This document shows, in pieces, positions 10,031 through 17,538 of a stretch of 18,764 nucleotides of DNA; the first letter of the stretch is position 1; the number at the start of each line of letters is the position of its first letter. The notes under the pieces are model-generated. The model searched no databases, was not told the origin of the DNA, and saw nothing but the letters and a program-made list of their open reading frames with translations. The translations under genes and the position numbers were made by a program. This DNA is from an uncultured Myxococcales bacterium. GTDB lineage: Bacteria; UBA10199; 2-02-FULL-44-16; JAAZCA01. The stretch covers positions 1 to 18,764 of the forward strand of contig CAYPII010000037.1 of the NCBI GenBank assembly GCA_964410765.1, given 5' to 3'.

Positions 10031-10228
10031 TCAGTTCGACCGCTCCTCCTTCCCGTTGCGCCGGCGCCGCTCGCGGATCTGGAGCTTGCCCTCGCTGGGG
10101 AAGGTATCGAGGAGGACGTTGATGGAGGTATCGCGATTGACGAAGGCGGTACCCACCCTCACCCAGCGCGCCTGCCCACCCTCCTCCTCGATGATGTTGA
10201 AGACATCCTTCGGTGCGTTTCCGTTCAT
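10031..10228 (-). CDS. Small (65 aa) hypothetical protein with a basic C-terminal tail
   Basis: The protein is MNGNAPKDVFNIIEEEGGQARWVRVGTAFVNRDTSINVLLDTFPSEGKLQIRERRRRNGKEERSN. GC3 is about 85 %, an SD (AGGAAAGGG) lies upstream, and the gene is 26 nt upstream of comEA. Confidence 0.6.
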   Translation of the reverse strand: MNGNAPKDVFNIIEEEGGQARWVRVGTAFVNRDTSINVLLDTFPSEGKLQIRERRRRNGKEERSN

Positions 10229-10276
10229 GACCCTTTCCTTTCTCTTCGGTGCCGATCGATCGTGCGCGGGAAGAAA

Positions 10277-10292
10277 AGCAAGGGGCATGCCA
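10277..10292 (-). promoter_or_regulatory. Sigma-54 (-24/-12) promoter-like element upstream of the small65-comEA gene string
   Basis: The minus strand reads TGGCATG-cccc-TTGCT, against the consensus TGGCACG-N4-TTGCW. It lies about 50 nt upstream of the ATG at 10228. Confidence 0.45.
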
Positions 10293-10382
10293 ATGCGGGC
10301 GGAGACGATGCCAAAAATGCGAACAGCTCGATATCGTTGGAAAAACGTTCGGAAGAAATGCGTGCGAAGCGAGGAGGGGCGA

Positions 10383-11402
10383 CTAGCGGACTGCCGACAT
10401 CGGGTGCCCTCTGCCCGCGGAGGGGCACCCCGTGCGTTCGACGACCGAGGCCGCGAGTACGGCGAGCCCTTCGCGCGGGGCGGTCCCCGGGAGGGAGGCC
10501 AGCGCTGCACGCGCGCGCTCGATCTGTTCGTCTGCGAGGGCGAGCGTCTCCTCGACCGCGCCGCTTTCGAGGACGACCGCGCGCGCGGCGGCGAGACGCT
10601 CCGGCTCCTGCTCGCCCTCTGATGTCAGCACCGACCGGAGCGCGCGCCCCTCCTCGCCCGTACAGCGTTCCAGCGCGATCACGGCGGGAAGCGTCGGTGT
10701 CCCCTGCGCGAGATCGGCCCCGACCGCCTTGCCGAGGCGCTCCTTCGTGCCGGCGAAGTCCATCGCATCGTCGACGAGCTGGAAGGCGACGCCAACCGCC
10801 GTCCCGTAGTCGACCAAGGCACGCTCGATCGCATCGGGGGCGCCGGCGACGATCGCCCCGGCGCGCGCGGCGAGGGCGAAGAGCGAGGCGGTCTTGAGCC
10901 GAGCGATCTCGAGCGACTGTGTGCGGGTAAACGCATCGGCGCTCGCCGCGAGCTCGAGGAGTTGGCCCTCGGTCGTATCGGTCACCGCTCGCGCGGCGGC
11001 GGCGACCAGGCGCTCGCTCCCTGCGCCGAGGAAGAGTTCGGAGGCACGGCACCAGAGCAGGTCGCCGACGAGGATGCTCGCGCGATCGCCCCAGCCCAGG
11101 CGCGCGGCCGGAACGCCGCGGCGCAGCGGCGCCTCATCCAAAACGTCGTCGTGCAGGATGCTGGCGGTGTGGACGAGCTCGATCGCCGCGGCGATCGAGG
11201 GTTGTCCCTCGCGGCGTGCACCGCAGGCGGCGGCCGCGAGCAGGAAGAGCGCGGGGCGCAGCCGCTTTCCCCCGCCGCCCAGCGCATAGCGCGCAAGCTT
11301 CTCCGCTTCGGGAACGCGCGGCGCGAGTTCTGCGGCAAGGAGGCGCTCCACCTCCGCCGCGAGCGTCCGGTCGAGTCCGGCGATCTCGCATCCCTTCTGC
11401 AT
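10383..11402 (-). CDS. Polyprenyl diphosphate synthase (trans-isoprenyl diphosphate synthase family)
   Basis: The first aspartate-rich motif is LIHDDVLDEAPLRRG (FARM) and the second is FQLVDDAMDF (SARM). The 339-aa protein starts MQKGCEIAG at ATG 11402. Confidence 0.85.
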   Translation of the reverse strand: MQKGCEIAGLDRTLAAEVERLLAAELAPRVPEAEKLARYALGGGGKRLRPALFLLAAAACGARREGQPSIAAAIELVHTASILHDDVLDEAPLRRGVPAARLGWGDRASILVGDLLWCRASELFLGAGSERLVAAAARAVTDTTEGQLLELAASADAFTRTQSLEIARLKTASLFALAARAGAIVAGAPDAIERALVDYGTAVGVAFQLVDDAMDFAGTKERLGKAVGADLAQGTPTLPAVIALERCTGEEGRALRSVLTSEGEQEPERLAAARAVVLESGAVEETLALADEQIERARAALASLPGTAPREGLAVLAASVVERTGCPSAGRGHPMSAVR

Positions 11403-11416
11403 TTGGCGCTTGTCGC

Positions 11417-11454
11417 AGCACGGGGGCGCCTTGTCAACCGCCACCCCCTGTGCT
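11417..11454. promoter_or_regulatory. About 38-bp imperfect palindrome in the ispA-like / esterase divergent promoter region
   Basis: The element is AGCACGGGGG-cgcc-TTGTCAA-ccgcca-CCCCCTGTGCT. The AGCAC(A/G)GGGGG arms recur at 4042-4053 and 9019-9030. Confidence 0.45.
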
Positions 11455-11468
11455 AGAGGCCGCCGCAC

Positions 11469-12200
11469 ATGACCTCCGGCTGTCTCGTCATCCACGGCCT
11501 CACCGGCACCCCGGCGACGGTCGCCTCGATCAACACTCCCCTCCTGGAGGCGGGCTACCGCGTGGCCACCCCCTGCCTGGCCGGCCACGGCGGCTCGCTC
11601 GCCGATCTCGCCGCGAGCCGTTGGGAGGAGTGGTACGAGACGGTGCGCATCGCCTATGCGCAGCTGCGCCGCGAAGTGGGCCGCGTCTTCTACGCCGGCA
11701 TCTCGCTCGGCGCCCTCCTAGGCCTCAAGCTCGCGATCGATGAGGGGTGGGGGGTGCGCGGGCTCGCCCTCATTGGGACGCCGCTCGCGCTCGGTCCCCT
11801 CGAACGCCTGGCCGTCCCGCTCGTGCGGCACTCGCCGCTGAAATGGCTCATCCGTTCGGTGCCGAAGGACTTCGAGCGCAGCGTGCGCGACCCGGAGGGA
11901 CGGCACCAGTACAGCGCCTTTTCCCTGCCGGCGATCCCGACGCGTGCGGTCTTCGAGATCGACGACCTCGCGCGGGCCGTCCGCGCCGACCTCGGGCGCG
12001 TCTCCAACCCGCTGCTGCTCCTGCACGGGCGCCACGACACGGTCGCCCCGCTCGCCAACCTCGATCTCGTCGAAGGGCTCGTCGCCTCGGATGCGGTGGA
12101 GCGGCGCATCTTCGAGGATTCGGCACACGTCGTCACGATGGATTCCGAGCAGGGGGCGGCCGCACAATCGATCATCGATTTCTTCGCGCGTTTTCGTTAA
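11469..12200 (+). CDS. Alpha/beta-hydrolase-fold carboxylesterase (Est/YvaK-like)
   Basis: It has an oxyanion-hole HGLTG, a nucleophile elbow GISLG, and a catalytic His near the C-terminus (EDSAHVV). The protein is 243 aa. Confidence 0.8.
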   Translation: MTSGCLVIHGLTGTPATVASINTPLLEAGYRVATPCLAGHGGSLADLAASRWEEWYETVRIAYAQLRREVGRVFYAGISLGALLGLKLAIDEGWGVRGLALIGTPLALGPLERLAVPLVRHSPLKWLIRSVPKDFERSVRDPEGRHQYSAFSLPAIPTRAVFEIDDLARAVRADLGRVSNPLLLLHGRHDTVAPLANLDLVEGLVASDAVERRIFEDSAHVVTMDSEQGAAAQSIIDFFARFR

Positions 12201-12235
12201 AAGGGTCGAAGGGAAAACGATACCGAGGAGGAGAT

Positions 12236-12910
12236 ATGTCGCATCGCATTGCCGTCATCGTCATCATCGCCATCGCACTCATCGCCGGGATCGTCGACGA
12301 GGGACGCGCCGAGGAGTATCAGATCGAGGAGTTCGACCTGGAGGGAATCGTGGTCGAACCGATCGAACCGGCGACGAAGAAGGGGGGCGAGGCGCCCGCC
12401 GCGGAGGTCGCGGCCGAGACGAAGGAGCCGATGGCCGATCGCTATCTGCGCGACACGCGCACGGGGCGCGAAGGGCGCTTCCGCGCCGGGCTCGTCGCGC
12501 CGGGGCTCTACGCCGGCAACAAGTCGATCGATCTGATGGCGACCTTCGGTATCGAGGGGGAGTACTTCTTCTTCGACCGACTTTCCGCGGGACTACGCAT
12601 GCTCTTTGCGACCGACTTCAAAAAGGACGCGAAGCCCAATGCGATCCTGAGCTTCATCCCGCAGGCACGCTACGTCTTCGACGTGGGGAGTGCGGATCGC
12701 TGGGCGATCTACGTTCAGGGGGGGGTGGGCGTGACGCTGCTGGATGGCGACACCGTTGCGGCCGACATCATGATCCCCGGCGGCGGCTTCTGGTGGAAGT
12801 GGACGGAGCGCTGGTCGGTTGGCGCCGATTGCGCGTTGCACGTGCTGGCGCGCAGCAACACGGCGATCGCCTTCCACGTCTCTCCCGCCCTGCGCTACAC
12901 CTTCTTCTGA
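12236..12910 (+). CDS. Outer-membrane beta-barrel protein (small 8-strand OmpA/OmpW-like)
   Basis: GAGGAGGAG lies immediately upstream of the ATG. A signal peptide (MSHRIAVIVIIAIALIAG) is followed by an acidic linker. The protein shows alternating amphipathic beta-strand patterning and ends LRYTFF (terminal Phe). Confidence 0.7.
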   Translation: MSHRIAVIVIIAIALIAGIVDEGRAEEYQIEEFDLEGIVVEPIEPATKKGGEAPAAEVAAETKEPMADRYLRDTRTGREGRFRAGLVAPGLYAGNKSIDLMATFGIEGEYFFFDRLSAGLRMLFATDFKKDAKPNAILSFIPQARYVFDVGSADRWAIYVQGGVGVTLLDGDTVAADIMIPGGGFWWKWTERWSVGADCALHVLARSNTAIAFHVSPALRYTFF

Positions 12911-13786
12911 TCAGTGCATGCTCACACCGCGCGGGCGGGGGGTCGTCGCCGTCGTCGGTGACGCGGGCGCGACGATCTCCGGATCACAGCAGAAGAGTCC
13001 GCCCATCAGCGGCGGGAGCTCCTCGGCGAGGAGGAGCGCGTTGAGGACGGGGTCGTCCGCCGGGAGGACGGCGAGGGCATCGGCGAAGCCGGCGAATCGC
13101 TTCGACCTCCAGGCCACCTCCACCACCTCTTCAGCGACCGGCGTTTCGCGCTCGAAAACGATCGCGTCGGCGCTGCGGAACCGTTCGATCTCCTCGGCGC
13201 TGATGCGTGTCACGTCATCGATTACCGCACCGCGCAGCTCGGCCCCCCCGAAGTCCGCCTCCCGCAGATCCGCCCCCTCCAGGTGAGTGCCGGTGAGCAC
13301 CGCGCCGTGAAAGTCGCTCCCGCGCAGATCCGCCCCGTCGAGAAATGCGTGCGGGAGCGCGGCGCCGGTCATGTCCGCGTTGACCAGTCGGATGCCGCTG
13401 AGGAGGAGCGGATACGATCCGCTGAGCGGATAGACCCCCTCCATCCCCTCGTAGCCGCTGTAGAGAAATGCGCTGCCGGGGAGAAACTGCGTCCCGAGGA
13501 AGAGGCGATAGAGCGGGACGGCGTCCTCAAGCGAGATGGGATGACCCACCTGCGCATGCGCATACTCCTCGAAGAGCTTGAAGGAGTTGATGAAGAGGCG
13601 AAAGCCCTCCCCCTGGATCCAGCCGTTGGTGTGCTCGACGAAGGTCGCCGCAAAGCGATCGTGCGCGAGGAGGGCGAAGTCGTGTGCGGAATCGCTCTCG
13701 ACACCGATGCTCCGGAAGAAGCGTTCGGCGACGGCGATGCCGATGGCATCGGCCTGTGGAGCGGTGACGAGGATGTGATCGGCCAT
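12911..13786 (-). CDS. Pentapeptide-repeat protein with an uncharacterised N-terminal domain
   Basis: The C-proximal block is ADMTGAALPHAFLDGADLRGSDFHGAVLTGTHLEGADLREADFGGAELRGAVIDD, about 10 A(D/N)LxG pentapeptides. The start MADHILV at 13786 is preceded by AAGGAG 7 nt upstream. The N-terminal 150 aa are unassigned. Its stop shares TGATCA with the convergent OMP gene. Confidence 0.7.
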   Translation of the reverse strand: MADHILVTAPQADAIGIAVAERFFRSIGVESDSAHDFALLAHDRFAATFVEHTNGWIQGEGFRLFINSFKLFEEYAHAQVGHPISLEDAVPLYRLFLGTQFLPGSAFLYSGYEGMEGVYPLSGSYPLLLSGIRLVNADMTGAALPHAFLDGADLRGSDFHGAVLTGTHLEGADLREADFGGAELRGAVIDDVTRISAEEIERFRSADAIVFERETPVAEEVVEVAWRSKRFAGFADALAVLPADDPVLNALLLAEELPPLMGGLFCCDPEIVAPASPTTATTPRPRGVSMH

Positions 13787-13889
13787 GCCCTTCTCCTTTC
13801 GGCTGCCTCCCTGGAATCGGCGCTCATCGCCAATCGTTGCCCGTTTGTCGAGCGCCCGTCGCAAAAACCGTATCCTGCGGGAGACGCTT

Positions 13890-13938
13890 GATGCAGAATG
13901 ATATTTTTTGCTGCATCCGAACCGGCGATCGCTACAAT
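13890..13938 (+). promoter_or_regulatory. AT-rich promoter/operator segment upstream of adenine deaminase
   Basis: An inverted repeat GATGCAG-N14-CTGCATC (13890-13917) is followed by TACAAT (13933-13938) and 6 nt later by the ATG at 13945. This fits a leaderless transcript. Confidence 0.45.
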
Positions 13939-13944
13939 GGCCGC

Positions 13945-15657
13945 ATGCACCTCGCTCGCCGCATCGCCGTTGCCGCCGGCCGTCGCCCCGCCGACCTGCT
14001 GCTCAGAAACGCGCGCGTCGTCTCGGTGCTGGCCGACCGGATCGTGCGGACGAACGTGGCGATCGCCGACGGGGTGATCGTCGGCTTCGGCGACTACCGC
14101 GCGCGAAGGCAGATCGACTGCGAGGGGGGCTACCTCTCCGCCGGCTTCATCGACAGCCACCTGCACATCGAGTCGACGCTGCTGACCCCCGCGCAGTTCG
14201 CGCGCGCGGTGGTCCCGCGCGGAACGACCGCGGTGGTGGCAGACCCGCACGAGATCGCCAACGTCCTCGGCGCCCGCGGGGTGCGCTGGATGGCGAAGGC
14301 CAGCGCGGGGCTCCCGCTCGATGTCCACATCGACCTCCCCTCCTGCGTCCCCGCCTCGCGCTTCGAGGGGGCCGGTGCGCGCCTGACCGTGCCTGAACTC
14401 AAAAAGCTCGCGAAGCTCCCGCAGGTCGTCGGGATGGGCGAGGTGATGGACTTCCCCGGCGTCATCGCGGGAAAGCGCGAACTGCTCGAAAAGATCCGGC
14501 TCCTCCCCGGCCGGCGCTGCGACGGGCACGCGCCGGGGCTCTCCGGCAAAGCGCTGGCCGCCTATGTCGCCGCCGGGATCCACTCCGACCACGAGAGCAC
14601 GACTGCCGCCGAGGCGCGCGAAAAGCTCTTCGCGGGGCTCCACATCATGATCCGCGAGGGGACGACGGAGAAGAATCTCGCAGCCCTCGCGCCGATTGTC
14701 ACGCCGGCGAATTCACACCGCTGCTTCTTCTGTTCCGACGACCGCAGCGCGCACGACCTCATGCGCCACGGCCACATGGACGACATCCTCCGCCGCGCGG
14801 TGCGCGCGAAGATTCCGGCAGTCACCGCCCTGCAGATGGCGACGAACAACGCGCCATACTACTTTCGGCTCGAGCGCCGGCAGGGGGCGGTGGCCGTCGG
14901 CTACGTCGCCGACCTCGTCCTGCTCGATTCGCTGCGCACCTTTCGCGCGCGGATGGTCTTCAAGGGGGGCCGGCTCGTCGCGCGCGAGGGGGAGCTCGTC
15001 GTCCCCTGCCGATCGAGAAAGGCGCCGCCGCTGGCGAACACGATGCGCGTGAAGGGCATCGCCCCCGATCGCTTCCGCATCCGTACCCGTGGACGACGCA
15101 CCGTGCGCGTCATCCGGATCGTCCCCGGCCAAATCGTCACGCGCGAGGAACTCGTCGCGATTCGCGCGCGTGACGGCATCGTGGTGCCCGATTGCGAGCG
15201 CGACCTGCTGCTGCTGGGTGCCGTCGAGCGACACAGGCGTACGGGGAAGATCGGTCTGGGGTTGGTGCGCGGCTTCGGGATCAAACGCGGGGCGCTCGCC
15301 TCGACGGTCTGCCACGATGCGCACAACCTGATCTGCGTCGGGACCAGCGCCGAGGAGTGCTGTGCGGCCTGCCGCGCGCTCATCGACTGCGGCGGGGGCT
15401 TCGCCGCGGTGCGCGACGGCGTCGTCCGCGCGCTGCTGCCGCTCCCCGTGGCGGGGCTGATGTCCGACCGCCCGGTGGAGCGCGTCGCCGCCGACTACGC
15501 GGCGCTCGAAAAAGCGGCGCGCGCTCTCGGCACAAAGCTCGCCAACCCCTTCCTGCAGCTCTCCTTCCTGGGCCTCTCCGTCATCCCGGAGCTCAAGCTC
15601 ACCGTCGGCGGCCTCGTCGATACGCGTTCCGGCAAGCGCAGCTCCCTCTTCACCTGA
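13945..15657 (+). CDS. ade: Adenine deaminase (amidohydrolase superfamily, AdeC-like)
   Basis: The metal-binding SHLHIES and DPHEIANV are present. The protein is colinear with AdeC-type adenine deaminases through the C-terminal domain. The start MHLARRIAVAAGRR matches the homolog N-termini, and an alternative upstream ATG at 13891 has a GGGAG SD. Confidence 0.85.
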   Translation: MHLARRIAVAAGRRPADLLLRNARVVSVLADRIVRTNVAIADGVIVGFGDYRARRQIDCEGGYLSAGFIDSHLHIESTLLTPAQFARAVVPRGTTAVVADPHEIANVLGARGVRWMAKASAGLPLDVHIDLPSCVPASRFEGAGARLTVPELKKLAKLPQVVGMGEVMDFPGVIAGKRELLEKIRLLPGRRCDGHAPGLSGKALAAYVAAGIHSDHESTTAAEAREKLFAGLHIMIREGTTEKNLAALAPIVTPANSHRCFFCSDDRSAHDLMRHGHMDDILRRAVRAKIPAVTALQMATNNAPYYFRLERRQGAVAVGYVADLVLLDSLRTFRARMVFKGGRLVAREGELVVPCRSRKAPPLANTMRVKGIAPDRFRIRTRGRRTVRVIRIVPGQIVTREELVAIRARDGIVVPDCERDLLLLGAVERHRRTGKIGLGLVRGFGIKRGALASTVCHDAHNLICVGTSAEECCAACRALIDCGGGFAAVRDGVVRALLPLPVAGLMSDRPVERVAADYAALEKAARALGTKLANPFLQLSFLGLSVIPELKLTVGGLVDTRSGKRSSLFT

Positions 15658-15663
15658 CCCCCC

Positions 15664-15701
15664 AAAAAGTGTCGGACACTTTTTGAAGAAGTGTCCGACA
15701 C
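15664..15701. promoter_or_regulatory. Pair of palindromic sites GTGTCsGACAC, candidate dimeric-TF operators
   Basis: Site 1 is AAAAAGTGTCGGACACTTTTT (15664-15684, a 21-bp perfect palindrome). Site 2 is GTGTCCGACAC (15691-15701). They are 22 bp centre-to-centre and lie between the ade stop and the DUF4116 gene start. Confidence 0.5.
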
Positions 15702-15832
15702 CTGTGGGTATGTGGGTGGCCGCCGTTCTCTCGCGAGAATGAATTCTCCCCAAAGGGGCACAACGATCCTCGCGCCCAGCCGATAATTCCAGTAGGCGGA
15801 GGCATTCGATCGATCTCCGCGGGAGAGGTGCG

Positions 15833-16513
15833 ATGCAGATGTCGAAGGACAAGGAGCTGATGCTCTCGAAACGCGTCGCCGACGAGGCGGAGGCGATCGG
15901 CCGCGAGATCTCGCGCGCCGTCACCTGCGACGAGGGGACGCAGCGCGCCCTCGCCCGCAGCCATCCGGAGGTCGCTGCCGCGCTCCTGCCGTACGAGCCG
16001 CTCGGGCGCACCAGCTACGTCCTCTCGGTGCTGGATGCGAATCCGGATGCGATCGGAACCTTCAGCGAGGAGATCCGCGACGACTCCATCTTCATGCGCG
16101 CGGCGGTCGTGGGCAACCCGGACACGATCCGCTGGACGGGGCCCGTGCTCCGGCGCAACCGCGGCGCGCTCTATGAACTCGTGATGATCGCGGTGCAACG
16201 CGACGGACTCGCGCTCCACCTCTTTCCGAAATTTCGATTCGACAAGCAGCTCGCGCTCGTCGCCGTCCGGCAGAACTGGACGGCGATCGAGGCGGCCGCA
16301 AACGAGCTGCTCGCGGATCACGACATCATGATCGCCGCGCTCTGTGGCGGCGGTCGCACGGCATGCGCCCATCCCGATCTGAAGGCGCCCCTCAATCAGC
16401 TCCTGGACGATGTCGATTTCGTCCGGCGCGCCCTGGAGGATATCTCCGACGGGGACGCGACCGAATGGATCGGCGAGCGCATCCCACACGGGATGCGTCG
16501 TTTCACGAGCTAG
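15833..16513 (+). CDS. DUF4116-type repeat protein (hypothetical)
   Basis: GGGAGAGG lies 5 nt upstream of the ATG. There are three approximately 30-aa repeats of the pattern D..(I/V)..AAV.qNg.AL....P..r.DkqlaLvAV (FMRAAVVGNPDTI / LVMIAVQRDGLAL / LALVAVRQNWTAI). GC3 is high, whereas the antisense ORF has low GC3. Confidence 0.6.
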   Translation: MQMSKDKELMLSKRVADEAEAIGREISRAVTCDEGTQRALARSHPEVAAALLPYEPLGRTSYVLSVLDANPDAIGTFSEEIRDDSIFMRAAVVGNPDTIRWTGPVLRRNRGALYELVMIAVQRDGLALHLFPKFRFDKQLALVAVRQNWTAIEAAANELLADHDIMIAALCGGGRTACAHPDLKAPLNQLLDDVDFVRRALEDISDGDATEWIGERIPHGMRRFTS

Positions 16514-16543
16514 AGGGATACCGGAGGTTCGGGGAAACACCCT

Positions 16544-16578
16544 GGCGCGCGGGTACCTTCGCCCCCGCGCCTTCTTTT
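16544..16578 (+). terminator. Rho-independent terminator of the DUF4116 gene
   Basis: The stem is GGCGCGCGGG-taccttcg-CCCCCGCGCC (9 of 10 bp paired), followed by TTCTTTT. Confidence 0.55.
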
Positions 16579-16590
16579 ATGCGAACGATG

Positions 16591-17538
16591 TCAGGGGGCG
16601 GGTGCGAGGAGCGTGATGAGGGGGAGCAGCGACCCGGTGACGACGACCGTTCCGCCCTCGTCGGCCAGCTCGAATCCCTGCACGAGTTTCTCGACGCCAG
16701 AGCGCCCCGCCGTCTGAAGAAGCAGGAGCGAACGGACCCCCTTCAAAAACATCCGCACCGAGGCGGCTTGCGACGGATCGTCGCAGGGGATGCGGGCAAC
16801 CAGCGCCGTTCCATTCGGACTCGCGAAGTCGATGCGCGCGATCGCGCCCAGCTCCGGGGGGAACATCGCCCGCAGGCGCGGGCCGATGATGAGATGGCCG
16901 AAGAGGGGGGCGTCGGGAACGCTGCGCTCGTCATCATGGCGGCCGGTCATCGCCGGAAGGAGGTGGACGAGCGCCGCGCGCTCTCCCACGGCCAGGTGTA
17001 TCCCATCCAGGATCGCGAAACCGAAGGGGCGTTCGGTCCCCGCCTCCGTATAGAGGATGCGATCGCCGACCGCTTCGGCCACGAGTCCGGAGCGCCCCTC
17101 GGCCAGCAGCGCGCGGATCGCCGGGAGGAAGGCCTCCTCGTCGAAGCGCCCCTGCGCGATCGCCGCGATCCGCGGCGTTCCCTCGGGGCTGCCCAGCGTG
17201 CCGACCAGGGCGAGCATCCCGAGTGCGCCGGGCTCCTCGAGCAGGAGGCGGACGAGCTCGCCTGCCGCCCCGCCGCCGCGCATGACGCCGGTGAAGTGCG
17301 CGCGCAGGTCGTCGCGCTGCAGAAAGACCGGCACGTCGGCGGCGACGACGAGCTCCGCGTTCGCGGGGATCCAGCGTGCAAGTACGGCATACTTCTGCGG
17401 CGCCGGACGCATCGCATCGTAATGATCGGCGCGCCCCGCTCGGAAGGCATCGGAGGCATCCTTGAGCAGGAAGGCGAAGCAGACGAGGAGCAGGACGATG
17501 ATGGCGGCCTTGGTGACGCTCGCGATGCGCTGCTTCAT
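16591..17538 (-). CDS. Membrane-anchored hypothetical protein (single N-terminal TM, about 290-aa soluble domain)
   Basis: The protein begins MKQRIASVTKAAIIVLLLVCFAFLL, and GGAAGGGG lies 4 nt upstream. Its ATG overlaps the stop of the upstream nucleosidase gene (ATGA), so the two are translationally coupled. GC3 is high. Confidence 0.6.
   Translation of the reverse strand: MKQRIASVTKAAIIVLLLVCFAFLLKDASDAFRAGRADHYDAMRPAPQKYAVLARWIPANAELVVAADVPVFLQRDDLRAHFTGVMRGGGAAGELVRLLLEEPGALGMLALVGTLGSPEGTPRIAAIAQGRFDEEAFLPAIRALLAEGRSGLVAEAVGDRILYTEAGTERPFGFAILDGIHLAVGERAALVHLLPAMTGRHDDERSVPDAPLFGHLIIGPRLRAMFPPELGAIARIDFASPNGTALVARIPCDDPSQAASVRMFLKGVRSLLLLQTAGRSGVEKLVQGFELADEGGTVVVTGSLLPLITLLAPAP

Noticed and set aside
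12189-12219. The hairpin CGTTTTC-N16-GAAAACG spanning the esterase stop codon.
   Set aside because: It has no U-tract, a weak stem and a long loop. It could be a minor attenuator, but it is not convincing.
13891-13944. An upstream start (MQNDIFCCIRTG..., GGGAG SD) for adenine deaminase.
   Set aside because: Homolog N-termini align from MHLARR, and TACAAT-N6 sits at 13945. I keep it as a possible alternative.
13787-13944. A purine riboswitch upstream of adenine deaminase.
   Set aside because: There is no recognisable P1-P2-P3 aptamer or conserved loop nucleotides. The region is short and is better explained by promoter/operator elements.
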